From NCBI RefSeq assembly GCF_009914755.1, contig NC_060927.1: a DNA stretch of 64,000 nucleotides; one strand, given 5' to 3'. The notes beneath the pieces are model-generated. The model worked only from the letters and a program-made list of their open reading frames with translations, made no database searches and was not told the DNA's origin. Shown piece after piece: positions 42,950-57,938 of the stretch. Origin of the DNA: the human T2T-CHM13v2.0 reference genome, Homo sapiens. The first letter of the stretch is position 1. Every line of letters starts with the position of its first letter. The translations under genes and the position numbers were made by a program.

Positions 42950-45900
42950 GACGTGAAGGAGTCTGAAGAGTTTCCGGAAACGGCTAGTTTTCTAGCTGCA
43001 ATCTTCAGTTTGGTTGTTACACATGGAGTCCTTAATCCCACATCCACTCAATGACCCTCTTTAGAAGTACACTCATTTTAAAGAAATTCTTTTTTAAAAA
43101 TTCTGCAAACATTTCAATTTATGGTAATTTGAGAAATGTTCTGAAAGGAGAAAAAAATCCCATCACATTCAAAAGGAAAATCAGATTCCTAAATTTCACT
43201 TTGATTTTTAAAATTCCTTTCATCAAATTCATAGTCTATCTTTAGTATATCAATTTATGAACAGTATGAGATTTGGATTCAGTGAATTTGATCAAAATAT
43301 AGGACTCTTAATTTATTTGAGTACCCTTTAAAAACTTTTTTAGGAGAGAAAAGTCTCTTATGAGAAGAATTCAGTAGCATCAATTCATACTTTTTCTTGA
43401 AGAATTTCAAAGCCATTCAGATAAATAGCTATTAGGCATCATAAGAAGATTCGATATTGCAAGTTAATCATATTGTATGCTTAAAGACATTTTTGTAACC
43501 AGTTTTTCACTTTTTTAAGAATTAGAAATAGAGTGATTGAGTCTGGAATTCAAGGCAAAAGTCCTTTAAATTTTCATTTCAATATTGAGAATTATTAATA
43601 CTATGTGATCACCAGAAATAAGAGAGTTAGCAATGGTTGTTGGTGAGGGAACTCAAGACGCCATCTAGTACAGTTACTTTGTTTTATATAGATTGGCCAG
43701 TTAGTTCCTTGGTCAGAGTTACCCATGAAGTTGGGCAGAGGGCCAAGGCCAAAGTGAGGTCCTGACTCCAAGGGCAGAGTTCCTTATGCTCCTTTCGCTT
43801 CCACATTGCAGCTTCTTGGGTAGGCCCCATTTTTCAACACAGGAAAGAAGCACAGCACATGCAACACTTCTAGAAAGGACAATTCCCTTCTCTACATAGG
43901 CAGAATTTGCAGCCCAAGCTTTTATCTCTGGAAGTAGCAAAGCCATGCTGTGTGCTGAGAGAGCCAGACCAACTTTCTCCATCTCCTGTAGAGCCATGAG
44001 GACCCCACAGTGCTGCCACAGAGGCTCTTCACTGGTACATGTTCTGAAGTTGGACATAAATTAACTTCCAGATGATAGCATGCTTAGCATCACAGTGTCT
44101 AAAGCACAGGCTTCTCAGGAAGAGATCTACAAAACCATAGGCATATATGATTGAACATTGCCACATGTAACACTGGACAGGAAATGCTCATTTGGGCATT
44201 CTGTGCTGAACATACTTAACTCTCCTGTATGCATTTAGAGATTACTTTGAAAGCTTGCTCCTGAAAGTCGAAATCAAACACATTTAAAATTCCTTACTGC
44301 AGGTTGATTTTCATTTACCCAGATTGGAAACCAAAACAGAAGCCCAGCAGTGATTTTTTTTTTCTTGGAATCGACAGCTAGGGAGGACTCTGAGAGCATT
44401 CACACAGGCCATCTGGTCTAGCCCTCATGAGAAATCTGTCCTGTTTTTCCAATTTGCACTGTGCAGCAACTACTTGTAAAGGCCTCTAAAGAAATATTGT
44501 ATAATCTTTCACAGCAGTCATGAAAAAATTTGGCTCTTCTTTTTGAGAATCAGAATCATTCATTCAGCTCTAAAGTCCTCAGAGGAAGTGATAAGGTGAG
44601 GGTTTTCAGAATTGTTGTCTATTGCCTGGACTCCAACAGTCAAGTCAGGGAGAAAAATGAATATAAAAGATTAAAAAACAAGAAACCAAGGGCACAGCAA
44701 CAAGACAAAGGAGGCACGTGTGGCATACAGAGGACTCCCACTTCCTTCTGATACCTGGGGAGGGAGATTCTCTCCCATTCTCATCCCAGCACCTGTTCAT
44801 CAGATCTGGCCTGACTGTTCTACTACGAAACCATCCAAGGTAAAAAAAAATACTTCCCAATCACAAAATTCCTCTTTGCAATTGACTCGGCTTCTTTAAA
44901 GCTGCATCGGAAACTTCTTGTCCTGTCCTCTGTTGACGTGAAAATGAGCTAACTATAATTTTCTGCCTCATAAGGTTGCTGGTACTTGAAAACCGTTACT
45001 ACAACTCAGCTTCCTAATTTCCAGAACGATACCAGCAGTTTTCTCCTAGATTTCATTTTCTGACTCCCAACTGTAACTATAACTCTCATTCAAACCCTCT
45101 ATACAATGTCTATCTCTTCTTTCAGTCACTCAGTGCTGGATACAATTCCAAGTCAAAGTCTAGACTTTTCAGTATAGAATAGCAAGATTGGCTAATAACA
45201 GAAACATGGTATGTCCTTTCGTCTGCATGCCCTGGTCATGCTTCCTGTTTTAGAAGGAAAAAAAATGTTTTTCATATTTTGAATTATTCTATGAAACAAT
45301 TTCTGTAAAACATTAAAAAAAAATCCTAACCTATTTATTAGAGTAATGGGGGATGACTATGCTGACACATAGCAATTCTTATGAGATATCAACTCGAAAA
45401 ATTATAATGGTGACAGTTGAAGTTTCTTGGGTTAAAGAAATATGAAAAGGCCAAATTTGATGTATAGGTTTCAATGATAGTTGAGTATCCAGGTAGAAAG
45501 CTAACAACTTGTACTGTGATTAATTTGCTTTTTGATATATTCTTATAGATAATTTATTTTTAACATAGGAGGTTTAAATATAAATGCAACTGTATATGAC
45601 TGCTATGATTAACAAGAAAAATTTTCTGTATGGGTAATTAACATCTTATAGGAGAATGCCCATGGAGGGGCTCAACTCCAGAAATTACAAGCACCGAGCT
45701 CCTCATGATTAGTTCATATCTACTGGAAAGCCCATCTGGTTTAACAGAGCTCTTATGTAAGAAATGCAAGATTTTTCCTGAGGAGCACATGCTAATAAGC
45801 TTCCTCTTTTCCATTAGCTTCCTCTTTAAACTAGGTTTTTATGTTTTGTTTTTTTTTTAAAATGTCTTTGGCCTGAGACCACAACAACAACCTTGTTATA

Positions 45901-46555
45901 AAAATCAACTGCGTAAATAACATGGCTTTAATGAATGCTACTCTCTTTCAACTCAAGAATCAGCAAAGAATTCCTCTGAGGCATTTGAGGAAAATAAACC
46001 TTTTGACTCACTACTCAATTTCCTATCTGTATATGCACAAGCACGTCTGCATGATAGTGTCCGTGCATTTACTTTAAAAAACTGAAAATGTTCAGAAGAA
46101 ATCTTAGCAGCCTGATTTCAGAAGGTTTTCATCTTGATGAAGAACATATTTGTTTCATTTTAATGAAGAGAAAATAAATGAACTGCTACTCTAAAGAGAC
46201 CCAAATAGAAAGGAGTTGGGAAATCCATGGTCTAACATACAACGTCTCACTCAATAATGGCTTATATTTCATTTCCAAGGAAGGAGTTTAAGGTTTCACT
46301 TTCACTCAAATACAGTTTCTCCAGAAGTGATCTTTTGGAAATCAAGAGGCTTGGATCTTAGTTCATAAAAGTTTGGGATAATTCCTTAATGAGAAAAACA
46401 AGTGGACATTTGCCAGAGAACTCCAAATTTCACCAGATATTTTTTCCTGAGGGCTTCAGCAGGACCTTCCGTGGGTTCTGTTTCAAAACAAGAGGTAATT
46501 TTTTAAAAGGGGGTACAGCAAGTATCCTTAAGAAGCAAAGCTGTAAATTTCACAC

Positions 46556-47025
46556 TGTATTGGTTTCCTCTTGCTGCTACAACAGATTTCCACAAAATTA
46601 GTGTCTTAAACTAACACAGATGTATTATTTCATAATTCTGGAGGTCCAAAGTCTAAATTTAAAGTGTCAGCAAAGCTCCTTTTCTCTGGAGGCTTCTGGT
46701 TGGAAATCCATTTCCTTGCCTTTTTCGGCTTCTAGAGGTTACCTGCATTCCTTGACTCTTTCCTCCATCTTCAAAGCACATCATTCTAATCTCCAGTTCT
46801 GTCTTCACGTCTCTTTTTTTCTCACTTCGATTCTCCTGCCTGCCTCTTAAAGGACTGCTGTGATAACATCGAGCCCACCTAGGTAATCCAGCAAATCTCC
46901 TCACCTCAGAATCCTTAATTAATTCCACCTACACTGTCCCTTTTACCATAGAAGGTAATATGTGCGCAGTTTCCAGGAATTAGGACATAGACGTCTTTCA
47001 TGGGCCAGTATACAGCCTGCCACCC
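46556..47025 (-). mobile_element. MLT1C/D-like MaLR LTR
   Basis: tgtattggtttcctcttgctgctacaacagatttccacaaaattagtgtcttaa...cccacctaggtaatccag...attaggacatagacgtcttt. Confidence 0.8.
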
Positions 47026-50000
47026 ATATCATGCAAAAAATGTTATATGGGAGAGGGGAGAGTTAAAGGAACCCTAAAGTATCAAGCATCATATCCCCAA
47101 CACTTTTTCTAGAATCCAAGACTTGTCCAGGTGAAGCAAGGCAGCAAAAAGAATAATGGGATCATTGAAAATGCTGAGTGCTGGGGATTTTCTCTGAGTA
47201 AGGCTACAGCTTGGGTTTTGAATCAGAAATAAAACTCTCATTTACATTGTGTGGCTACAGTGTGGTAAAGTTTAAAGTTTTATCTTGGCCTTTGCAATTA
47301 TTATTACAGCAGCTACTATCTGAATCTGCTCTGCTTCCCTCAGCCCCTCACTAACACCTACGAGGAGTATCTCTTTTTTCTTTTTTTGCTACCAAGACCT
47401 AAGTACAAACTAAATTAAGGGGTCAACATTAATTGAAAATCAATGGACAGCCACAAAGACCAAGCTGTAATTAAAATGCTCATGACTTAAAAATATATCT
47501 ACCTCCAAATTTCATGACTGTAATCAGTGAGATATGGGAATAGAACTTCTTTCTAGCACTTGGGATCATGGGAGATGAAGCAGCGCATTCCCAGTGCATC
47601 TGGGAGGCTCTGTTCACATCACAGAATAGACCTTAACCCTTCCATAAAACTCACGCTGTCCCTGCTTTGTTCACATTGTCATAGCAGTGTTGTGGAGGAG
47701 AAAAGAAGGAGTTTATTATGACACACATTTTCAAATGTTTTAAATCTGATGTAGTTTCCCCTCTGTGAAGTTCTGTCTCACATGCCAATAGAAAAGCCTG
47801 GGTGTTCCCCAGTTCTTTCCAAAGACCTACAGCTCTCTTATCACTGCCTAGAATACTGGGCTTTGAAGGTTATACTCTTGATTTCAAATCATTTAAGTCT
47901 ATATACTCTCTCTTGGCATGCAAGCAAAAGTACCAGATTGCATTATATCTGGGGAGAAATATTAGTGGTTACAAATCAAAGTGAGTTAGGAAAAGAGTTT
48001 TCTGGAAATTCAGAAATCAGGAGACTCAAGAGTTAAAACTCAACCTTTGCCTATAATTTAGTCTCTTGTGGCCAGATATTGTTTCCTGGAGGCTGTAAGA
48101 GACACAATGCTTGAGTAAGATGGAAATGAGGAAATGGCTCCTGGGGGACCTTGCTGATTGTGAACTCTGCTACCACCCTGACCTATAGTCTGGGAAGCAA
48201 AGCATGGGTTAGAATGCAATAATGGAGGAAGTCATTCTAAAATAGGGATAGGAGGATATTGCTCTAGAACCCCTCACAGGGCTAGGTAACTCCCCATGCA
48301 CTTTCAGCTAGGTGGCATCATCTTTATATAGATAGGGCAGTGTATTTAGAGTCAACAGTGCACATCAAGCCCCTCTAGTACTACACTGAGGATAGTAAGG
48401 GGAAGAGCCTGACCTACTTTGCTGTCTTCCAAATTACTATCACCAGGGTCTGTATTCTGACTTAGAAAAGACATTTTGCTTGGGCCTAATGCAAATACAA
48501 CAATGAAAATGTTGGTTCATGTTGACAGTAGAAAAGAAAAATAAGCAAATCGAAGTCTGCATATTTATTCTGCAGATGGATTCTGCCTGATTACAAGTCA
48601 TTGATGATCATTAATGAAGCAAATGTGATGAGGTTAGTGTTTTTCAATTTCATTTCTTAGCAGCAAGGCAGTACTATCACACGACAATATCACTGAGAAA
48701 GTATTTGGCCTTACTTTAATAATGATTAATTTTAGAAATAGAACATTCGTAAAATGTTAGTTTATCATTTTGCTTGTTAGTATTCATGTTAAGGATATTA
48801 GCACAGTCTCTACTTATTTTGAGATAGAAATACTTTGGGGACAGGGTTTGACAAAAGACAAATGCTAATTATCAGAATGTCTGAATAACATTCTTTGCCA
48901 GTAAAATCATTCTTTATGCTGATTACCTCATGTCAACATCCAAACTAAGGGAATGAATAGTTTAACTACTATTATTTTATCCTTGAGAAAAACTCTGAAG
49001 GGGGAAGCAAGCGATGTTATGCCCATTTTAAGTTACCGCAACTGAGGCACAACATAAACAGAACTTAATGGTATATTATGTAGTCTAAATTATTGGACTT
49101 TTGATATCAATTCTAAGTTCAGACAGCTTCTGGCCTACTTCCTGTTATACTGACCAGCGTATGTTTATACTAATAGTGACTCAGGATTAAAAGGAATGTA
49201 ATATTGGCAAATGACATTTCTGAACAAGGTTTTAATTTCCCTTGTTGGCATGTGGCAGTGGAATGTCCCCCATAATTACTCTGCTGAGAAAACCAGGGCA
49301 GAGGCAGGACTGGAGCAGTGTGGTGGTACAAAGAACATGCACTAAAGAGTTCAGGACTGATGCCAGAATCCAGAGGCTAACGGAAGGTTCAGCAGCCATT
49401 GCGGTTTTTTGTTTTTGGCAGTTCAAGCTATTAGAAATCTGCCTCAAGGGAGGAATAAAAGCATCATCAGGTGTTAATAGGTAAATTAATATCAAGCTTA
49501 AAGAAGTAAGAGATACTTTGAAGATGATTTTTATGGCAAGTATTTATCCTACATGTTTAGTCCATAATTTATATCGAGTATGTGAATGTGTGTGTGATGT
49601 GCGCTAAGGTGCACACACATACATGAGGTCATAGGGGTGAATGGCTCGGTGGAAGCATGGCATACTAGCTAAAGGGACTCGAGTATCAGTTTACTTCACT
49701 TTGTCTTTACTACCAGTATCTGTAAGATGGACTTGGTAATCTTTTTCAAGAGTTTCAGGATTGTTTTCATAATTGCAAGCGACCATATACCTGAAGTACC
49801 AATTACTATCCATTAAAATTGTCATTAATATCAGTATTAGCATAGAATGGGACAAATAGACAAGAAAAAAATTAAGTTCTGTGAACATATGATATCTTTG
49901 CAATAGGTCTTGTTATTTAGCTTTGTATGTGCATGGCTTCAAAATATTCCTGTTTTAATCATCCCCAGTCCTAGCACGGTGGCTTGGTATGTTGTAGGTG

Positions 50001-52524
50001 ATCAATAAAGGATTGCAGGATGGATGAATGGATGCATGAGTGATCCAGTTTTCATAAGCTTCAAAGTCTTCTGTGGGATTGCATTACAATACAACCCTTT
50101 TGCTTTCCAGTGCAGGCTTAATTCTCTATGAGACTTGTCCTCTTCACATTCACGATGGGCTTCTTTCCTTTGGAAATAGGAATCCTATCTGTTCTTGACC
50201 TTGGTTACTGAATAGCCTGACCTATCCTTGGTGTCCCCCAAATTATTCTGCCATAATGACTGGAAACTAATAGTTGTACACAGTTTCTGTTATATCTACT
50301 TACACCCAGCCTTGTTCCAGAAAAGAATTTAAGGTGGCTCTCAAATTTGCATAGGTTACAAAAGAAAAGAAACCTAAAAACAACAGAGACAGGAGTCAAG
50401 GATGCTTGTGACAATTCATCCTACTATTTAGACACTAAAGAGCACACATGTCCTCAAGAAACATTTCCTGGTCATTGTCTGGGTAGTTGCAAAAGAGAAA
50501 GTGGAGCTGTGTGTGGGGTCCTTGGGAGACAATTGTGCAGGGACTGCTTGAGTCTTTGTTTTTGTTGGTCTGCTAAGAATGTGGGTCAGCATAAGGTAGC
50601 GATTCCTGAACTTATCACTTGATCCTTTACAAAGAGGGGGCAATGGAAGCAACATGGCTTGTGAAACTGTATTCCTTAAAGTAGTGAACAGATCAAGTAA
50701 CAAAAAGAGAATATCTGCGTGGAAGCTATACAGTGGGGGCAAGTTATTGATATTGATACTTACAGGTTAGTATTGATCAATTAAAAAAAGTGATGTAACT
50801 ATTCCAAAACTCTTAGAAAAACATGGATTTTGAGTGTTGATCTGATGTGGTGCACAGAAGGAGCTGAGTTTTCCCTGTGTGGCATGTTCAGTGACTCTGG
50901 CCTTTTCTCAAGGGGTGCAGTAGCCAGGAGACTGAATAGTCCAGGACTAGGCAGCAGGGCCACTTGAAATCCCAACTCCAAGTCCATTCACCAGGACCTG
51001 CAAAGAGCTACAACCTTTTCTTCGAGGTTGCATGAAGAAAGATGGGATCCTCCAGTTTGGTTGTACTGGGGTAAGTTTGGTGAGACCATTTGAAGATATT
51101 AACATGTGGTGTTCCTCCCTGCATCTCTTCACTTTACTACATTCAAGCAAGTAGCTTATGTAGTATTCTGCAAATACGTCCTTATTTGCAGAAAGTGTGT
51201 TTTCGGTGTCCAGATGTCTAAGTCCATTACAGAGAGTCAGGTTTGAAAGAAAAGGCATTTCCCAGATTAAGCTGAGATTCTGCTGGTTTGGTGGGAAGTC
51301 TGTGGGTCCCATGAGCCTTGCTCCCTGCAGCGTCCAAGGCACGTGATGGCCCTGTGGACATGGCCCTGTGACAGTGGAGAGACTGGATCCCCAGCTAGGG
51401 GTTTCCAACCTCTCCCAAGTTCTGCGAAGCCCCTGGTGTGGCTTGAAAGCAGCAGAACTGAGGACCATGTGGTCTGGGACAGCCATAGACAGATGACCAA
51501 TGATGGGCAGAATCATCTGTAATCACGTGGTAAACATGGACAGAATTCCCTGACGCTGAAGAGTCTAAGACCCTGGGACCTTGACCCAATCTCAGCAGCA
51601 TCAGCATGGAGGGAGGCGGTGAGGGAGTTAATATTGTGTAAAAATTAAATTTCCTTTTGGCTCGGTAGGAGGGAGTTCCTGGGTTGAAATTAAGTTAATT
51701 CATAGAAAAATATTAACATGTCATATGTCTTGCTACCTAAGTTTGTGACCTAAGATTCTAACTTGCTTCGTGTACATTTTGGAAGATGGAAGAGGAGAGC
51801 AGGAAGGACAATTCAGGCATCATTTCAAGATAGAAACCAGCCAGCCAAAGCATGGAGACAAAGATGAGGACATATGCTTCATACTGCAAAGAGACATGAG
51901 TCTCCAGACTTAGCCATTCAGAGACTATACTGATTTGATTTTAGAACAGAAGAGATTATTTTTATGAAAACCAGGAACTTCTTAAGTTTGGATTCTTTTC
52001 ATCTTTTTTTTTTTTATTGTTGGTCTACCTCCACAAGAAAAGAAATTATTTATTATGTTAAAAAGTTCCTCTTGCCAGTACACTTATGTCTCAAAAGAAT
52101 GGTTAAATTGCTTTTCCACTTAGAGTTGGAACATGAACAAATTTTATTAAAATTGAAGTTGAGTTTGGTAGTGCAGGGCCAACTGTAAAAAGAAAATCAA
52201 GGGCTGTGAAATCATTCTGGTGCTGTCATTTCCCCTCTGAGAGAGGAGAACCCAAGGTGGCTCCATTCATCTCTGGGCCAAGGAAGGGGCAGATGTGTAA
52301 ATGGGAGGCTGTCAACTGAGCACATTATTACTGAAATGTCATTACTCCAACCACGATGGAGCAGGAGTTACAGGGCAGGTCTGTCTAATTACTAAACTAT
52401 TGTTATTAAAACTTTTCTCATATTAATTTTGATTTTTCAGAATACAGTAAGGCTGTACAGAATATAGTCTCTGAGCATGATGCTCAGAGATATGAATTCT
52501 TAACCGTATGATTTGGAGTCAGTT

Positions 52525-53185
52525 GATTCATTCAATAAACATTCCCTAAGCAGGCACTGTGCCAGGCACTGTTCCGGGTGTTGAGGATAAGGGAGTGAAC
52601 GAAATAGCCTTGGCCTTTGAAAAGCTTATATTGTAGAAGAGGAGAAAAAGAAACAAGTAAATGTTTAGCATGTCAGGAGGTGATACCTGCTATGAAGATA
52701 AGCTGAGCAAAAGGTGGAAAGTTGTGGAGGGTGCTATTGAAATAGGTTGGGCAGGGGACATTATTTGATAACTTTCAGTAATAGATTGGAAGAAAGTGAG
52801 CAAGTGAGCCTTTGAGTATCTGCGAGAAGATCAATCCAGGCAGAGAAAAAAGCAAGTGCAAAGGCCTGAGTGCACATCTGAGGAACAATCAGGAGAACAT
52901 TAAGGTTAGAATGGGCCAGATATTGAGGGCCCTGTGGGCCATGGTGAGGACTTTTCATTTTATTCTGGGTGAGTGAGATGGAGCAGGATTTTGAGCTGAG
53001 GAGTGATATTATCCGACTTGGGCTTCCTAAGGATTGCTCGGGTTTCTTGGTGAGGAATAGACTGTAGGGGCATAAGTGTAAGCTGAGAAGTCAATAAAAA
53101 ACAGTGTGTAGTCAGTTCATGAGGACGATGGTGGCTTGAATTGTGGAGGCAGGGATGGAAACAGTGAGAAGCTGTAGATAAGCCC
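52525..53185 (-). mobile_element. L2 fragment
   Basis: ttcattcaataaacatt...gcactgtgccaggcactgtt...ggccatggtgaggacttttcattttattctggg. Confidence 0.8.
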
Positions 53186-54469
53186 ATGATGATAATGATG
53201 CAGTTCTCTCACATATGGAGCTTCTCTTCTGGGGCTGCCCACTGTAGTGTTTAGCCTTGAGTTTGAATCCAGCACTGCCACTTATACGTTCTTGATGCTG
53301 GCCAAGCTTTTCATCAGTGAAATGAAGATCATGACAGTGTCTGTCTTACAAGTTGTTAAGAGGATTGAATGGAAGGCTTTGCACAGCACTGACTTTAGCA
53401 TTCTGGCACTTTAGTTTTATCATGTTAATGTTAGAAAGCATCAGGAGTTTTGTCATCATGTTTCTTTGTTCTGAACAGCTATTTTTAAATGGATGGTGCA
53501 TTTTTCAACTGATGGAACATTAGAATTTAGGAAATATATAATATAAAACTAAAAAAATTGGCACACACACTTGTACTGATAATTTATTAGCATTAGCTTT
53601 CAGATTTTCAATAAAAGTTATTTTTTCCCTTTTAATTGGGGGTCCATTACTTATTTTTCTGCTTTTTCTTCTTCTAAAAAGAAAAAATAATCTTCCCTCC
53701 AGTTTCAAAACTGGAAATCAAACATTTCATCTGGAAATGTATTAGAAATTTATTTTTTTCTTGTCTTACCTACTTCTCTCTGGCTCCATACTGAGTTGTA
53801 AATAATATATCAGTTTTTTAAAAATAAAAAGCAAATACCTAATCATATGGGTGTTTTGTGTCTCTGACACTGGAAATATAAATTTTAAATCTGACTTGTC
53901 TGAGTTTTTGATGAACAAAACTAATATTGTGTATCATGTAGATACAGCTTTATTAGCCTGAATGAAGCTGCAGTTGTCTTTACCACAGAGGCCTCAGCCC
54001 TCTCTAGCTTTTATGTGGCAGTGGGAAGCCAACACAGATGCCAGCACTGGCTCTCAGGGTCTATAAGCCCATGCTGTTCATGTTCCATTCAAGTCAACAA
54101 ATCTAGTTTTTATCTGTTGTGTGCATAGCACCATGATAGGGTTTCTGCATAAAGCAAAAGAAATATTGAATGCTACTCCTTTCAGCTTTTACCTTTACTG
54201 GGGAGACAAAATTTACCTGCTTAATGAGTCGAGAACAATGTTAGATAATGTAAAGTAGATTGCCCATTAAAATTAAAATAATATATCAAACGGAATGTTA
54301 CAAACCATGGATACCAGCTCACACAATCTTTGTGATCAGCATCAAAGAAAGAGCTGGCCTATGCTTACGAAAGGAGTGGTGTAAAGGCTGGCAGTCCTTG
54401 GTCCTGCTGCCCTGTTTGTGATCAACCACATTATCAAGTGTCACAAGCCAGAGATTGCAGGGGCAGAAG

Positions 54470-54545
54470 AATTCTAGGAACTAAAGAGAATTAGTTCTAG
54501 AATTCTAGAATTGTAGGCCTTCACAATTCTAGGAACTAAAGAGAA
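54470..54545. repeat. 21-bp direct repeat enclosing inverted copies
   Basis: aattctaggaactaaagagaa at 54470-54490 and 54525-54545; spacer built from reverse-complement pieces. Confidence 0.9.
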
Positions 54546-55158
54546 AGCCAAGTGCCTAGTGCAATGTTTTCTATTGTTCAGGGAGTGAGATTAGTCCTGT
54601 GCGTTCTGTTCACACAGCTGCCAAGTACCTCCAACAGGGCTTGTTGAGTGATGAGATTTCAGCAGAATCAATCTTGGCACCATCTCCATCTTCTACTCTG
54701 CCCTCAATTTAATATAAAGAAGCAAACTGGAGAAAGAGTGAACGAGAGGACTCTTTGTGCAGTAGTGCAGTGGTCTTTCTCCCCTCACTAATCCTCCTCA
54801 AAAAAATGGGGTATTTCTCTCCCTGCCCCCAAGCCAAGAGGGAGACTCCAAGAGAATCACTTATAAAACTTGCCATGACTGTACAACATCTTTAAAATCC
54901 AAGATGGTGATGGAATGCCATCTTGATAGTTTTCAAGCCACTGGCTGCTGTAGGGTGTGGAGGAAGGGTCAGGAGAGAGATGGGTGGTATGACATGGGGC
55001 AAAGGCATAAGTATGAAGAGTTGTGAAAACAGGATCCCAATTGGTCCTGCAGGCCCTGAACACTGAGCCCAAAGAGATGAGTTTGCAAGCTACAGACTTC
55101 TGGGTGGGACAGGGTAGGTATGCACCAGAGGAGTTGATAAGAAGCTATCAGCTTACCT

Positions 55159-55480
<322 letters not shown>

Positions 55481-57090
55481 TCATAAAGGGTCCCACCTCC
55501 TAAGAATTGTCCACCAGCATCCACTGTTGGGCTTCAAGAAAATGAGCTAGGGCAGCAATTAGGGCCCAGATGTGGGGAGGACTGGAACTCTCCATGGGCA
55601 GAGCAGAAAGGAGACTCCTCCATTTTCTTCATTTTCTTGGATCAACACTATAAGCAGGTGCAAGTGAAAGAGGAGATGGTGTTCGAGGAGCAGAAGACCC
55701 CCCACCCTTCTTCTCCTGCTCTTAATGTGCCAGTAGCACTGGATTAGGGTAGGATCAGGGATGGAAAGAGATGGAAATATGAATTAAATATGAGGTCAAC
55801 ATGTTAAAAGCAGCAGGGCTGAATCTTAGAACGTGGTTTAAGAAAAGTGATTTAAACGTCATGGAATTGAGCCAACAGAGGCTCAGTGGAAGCTATCACC
55901 CTGTGGAAAAGAGAGAGAGGGTTCCAAGAAGTTGAGTTGAAAGTTGTGAGCAGGAAAATAAAACCAATTGATGTTTATACCCTAACAAGTTAAGGCAAGA
56001 GTATGTGTTGTGAGAAAATAGGAAAGGCAAAGATGAATTTTGACCAGAGAGTTATCAAGAAGGCTTCAGGGAGAAGGTAGGGGTTGGGTCCTACCACTGA
56101 AGGATAGGTCGTGGGTGAATGAAGTGGGGAGAACAGGTGAGCTGTGTGAGGTGGAGGGAGGACTAGTCTGCCTGGAGCAGAGGCATGGGGAGTGTGACAA
56201 GTTGCACCCATGCGCAGACCTGGGCCAGCGGTGGCCAAGCTTCCACAGGAGGAATTTGGCCTCCATCAGAAAGACAATGGGAGTCATTGCATATTCTTTA
56301 GCACTGAGTGAGTGGTCCAATAGGAAGGGTGCCTTAGGAAGATGGCTGGTGTGTGAGAGAGAGAAGAAGCAAAGGTGCTCCTTAGGAAGTTATTCCAAAC
56401 CTCTGGTGTGGGGCTAAGGGACACATCAATACGAGTGTGACTTGTTACTCCTGAATCTTTCCTCAGCCCCATTTATTGACTGCAAATAGTGCAGTGTGCA
56501 CTTAAGGCCCTTCGTTTTAAGTATTTAAAGGGTTCACTGGGTAGGCAGGCTCTGCAGCCTGTTGACGGCTATCCATTCATAAGCTGCATGTCCCTACCTG
56601 GGCAGCAATCAGCTTTGGAGCACCCCACTCATCACACATTTTGTTTATGTTACTTTTCGTTCTCCTGTTATCTATAATTTTAAACTGCCGTGTGCTCCCC
56701 CAACCTTGCCTTGAAATGCATTAGTAACTATGGGAACATGATGCTATTAGAACGAGCAGAGCTTAGTGACATGCACAATTGCAGTGTTAAATTGGTTTTG
56801 AGATGACTGGCAGTGTGGATGCTATTGCTGAGTAAAATAGGCGACAGGTATTGTGACTATATTAACATAGACCATCACCTCTGGTGGAAGACATGGATAT
56901 TAAACTTAAGACAGAAATCAGGGCTACATCCTTATCTTGAAGAAGACATGTTCCCAGAGGTTTTAAATAGCGTGAAAAGTGAACTATTGAGAGTTCCAGT
57001 AAGAAGGAGACTTTTCATGTGCTAAAACCAACAAAATTTCCCCAAAATATGTAAGTATGAATGCCCATTGTGGCTATGTCAAATATTTCA

Positions 57091-57339
57091 TAATACCAGC
57101 ACTTCGGGAGGCCGAGGCGGGTGGATCACTTGAGACCAGGAGTTTGAGACCAGCCTGGCTAATATGGTGAAACCCTGTCTCTACTGAAAATACAAAAATT
57201 AGCTGGGTGTGGTGGTGCTTGCCTGTAATCCCAGCTACTTGGGAGGCTGAGGCAGGAGAATCGCTTGAACCTGGGAGGTGGAGGTTGCCAAGATAGCATT
57301 ACTGCACTCCAGCCTAGGTGACAGAGTGAGACTGTCTCC

Positions 57340-57367
<28 letters not shown>
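57091..57367 (+). mobile_element. 5'-truncated AluS SINE
   Basis: Starts at taat(a)ccagcactt; long pure A tail. Confidence 0.9.
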
Positions 57368-57370
<3 letters not shown>

Positions 57371-57938
57371 ATAATAATGAAATTAGTTCTATGTGCATTC
57401 GAGTGGTCAAATTCTGCTATAAAGAAAAAGATTACTGCAGACTCAAAAGATGCAGGTTGACTGCTCATTTGGCCCTCTCCCCAAGGTTTGTGGAAATTTC
57501 TCTCAAGGCAGGGAAGGTGTTAACAACTGCCTCTTCTGACAGAAATGGCCACTAGCCTGGCTCCAGCTGGATCAACTAGCCCTGAGGAATTTGTCCACTT
57601 TGTGAGCACTTCTCTCCCTGTCTTGTGTCTCCTCAACCCTGCACCTCACCCAGTATTGCAGACTGGATCTTTTTGCTTCACATTTCTGTTTCTTAGGAGG
57701 TATCGATGGTCTTATACTTCCACAGCATTAGTAGCAAACAGCAATAGCTCAAATTTATACATTTAAATGAAATCCAATGAAAGAATTTAAGCAAATTCTG
57801 ATTAACAGTAGACAGTGTAAAAAATAGTATATTATTATCAATTCACTGACATATTTGCTGGATTCAATATTAAAATGGACTAGAAAAAAAATCCAAGTGT
57901 TCTGAAAACATTTCCTCCCACCCCTATTTTTTGGCTAC

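Noticed and set aside
50947-51516. 189-aa minus-strand ORF
   Set aside because: No recognisable homology or exon structure; chance ORF
54496-54512. Heat-shock element in ttctagaattctagaa
   Set aside because: Central GAA and TTC are adjacent rather than 2 nt apart, so there are never three correctly phased nGAAn units
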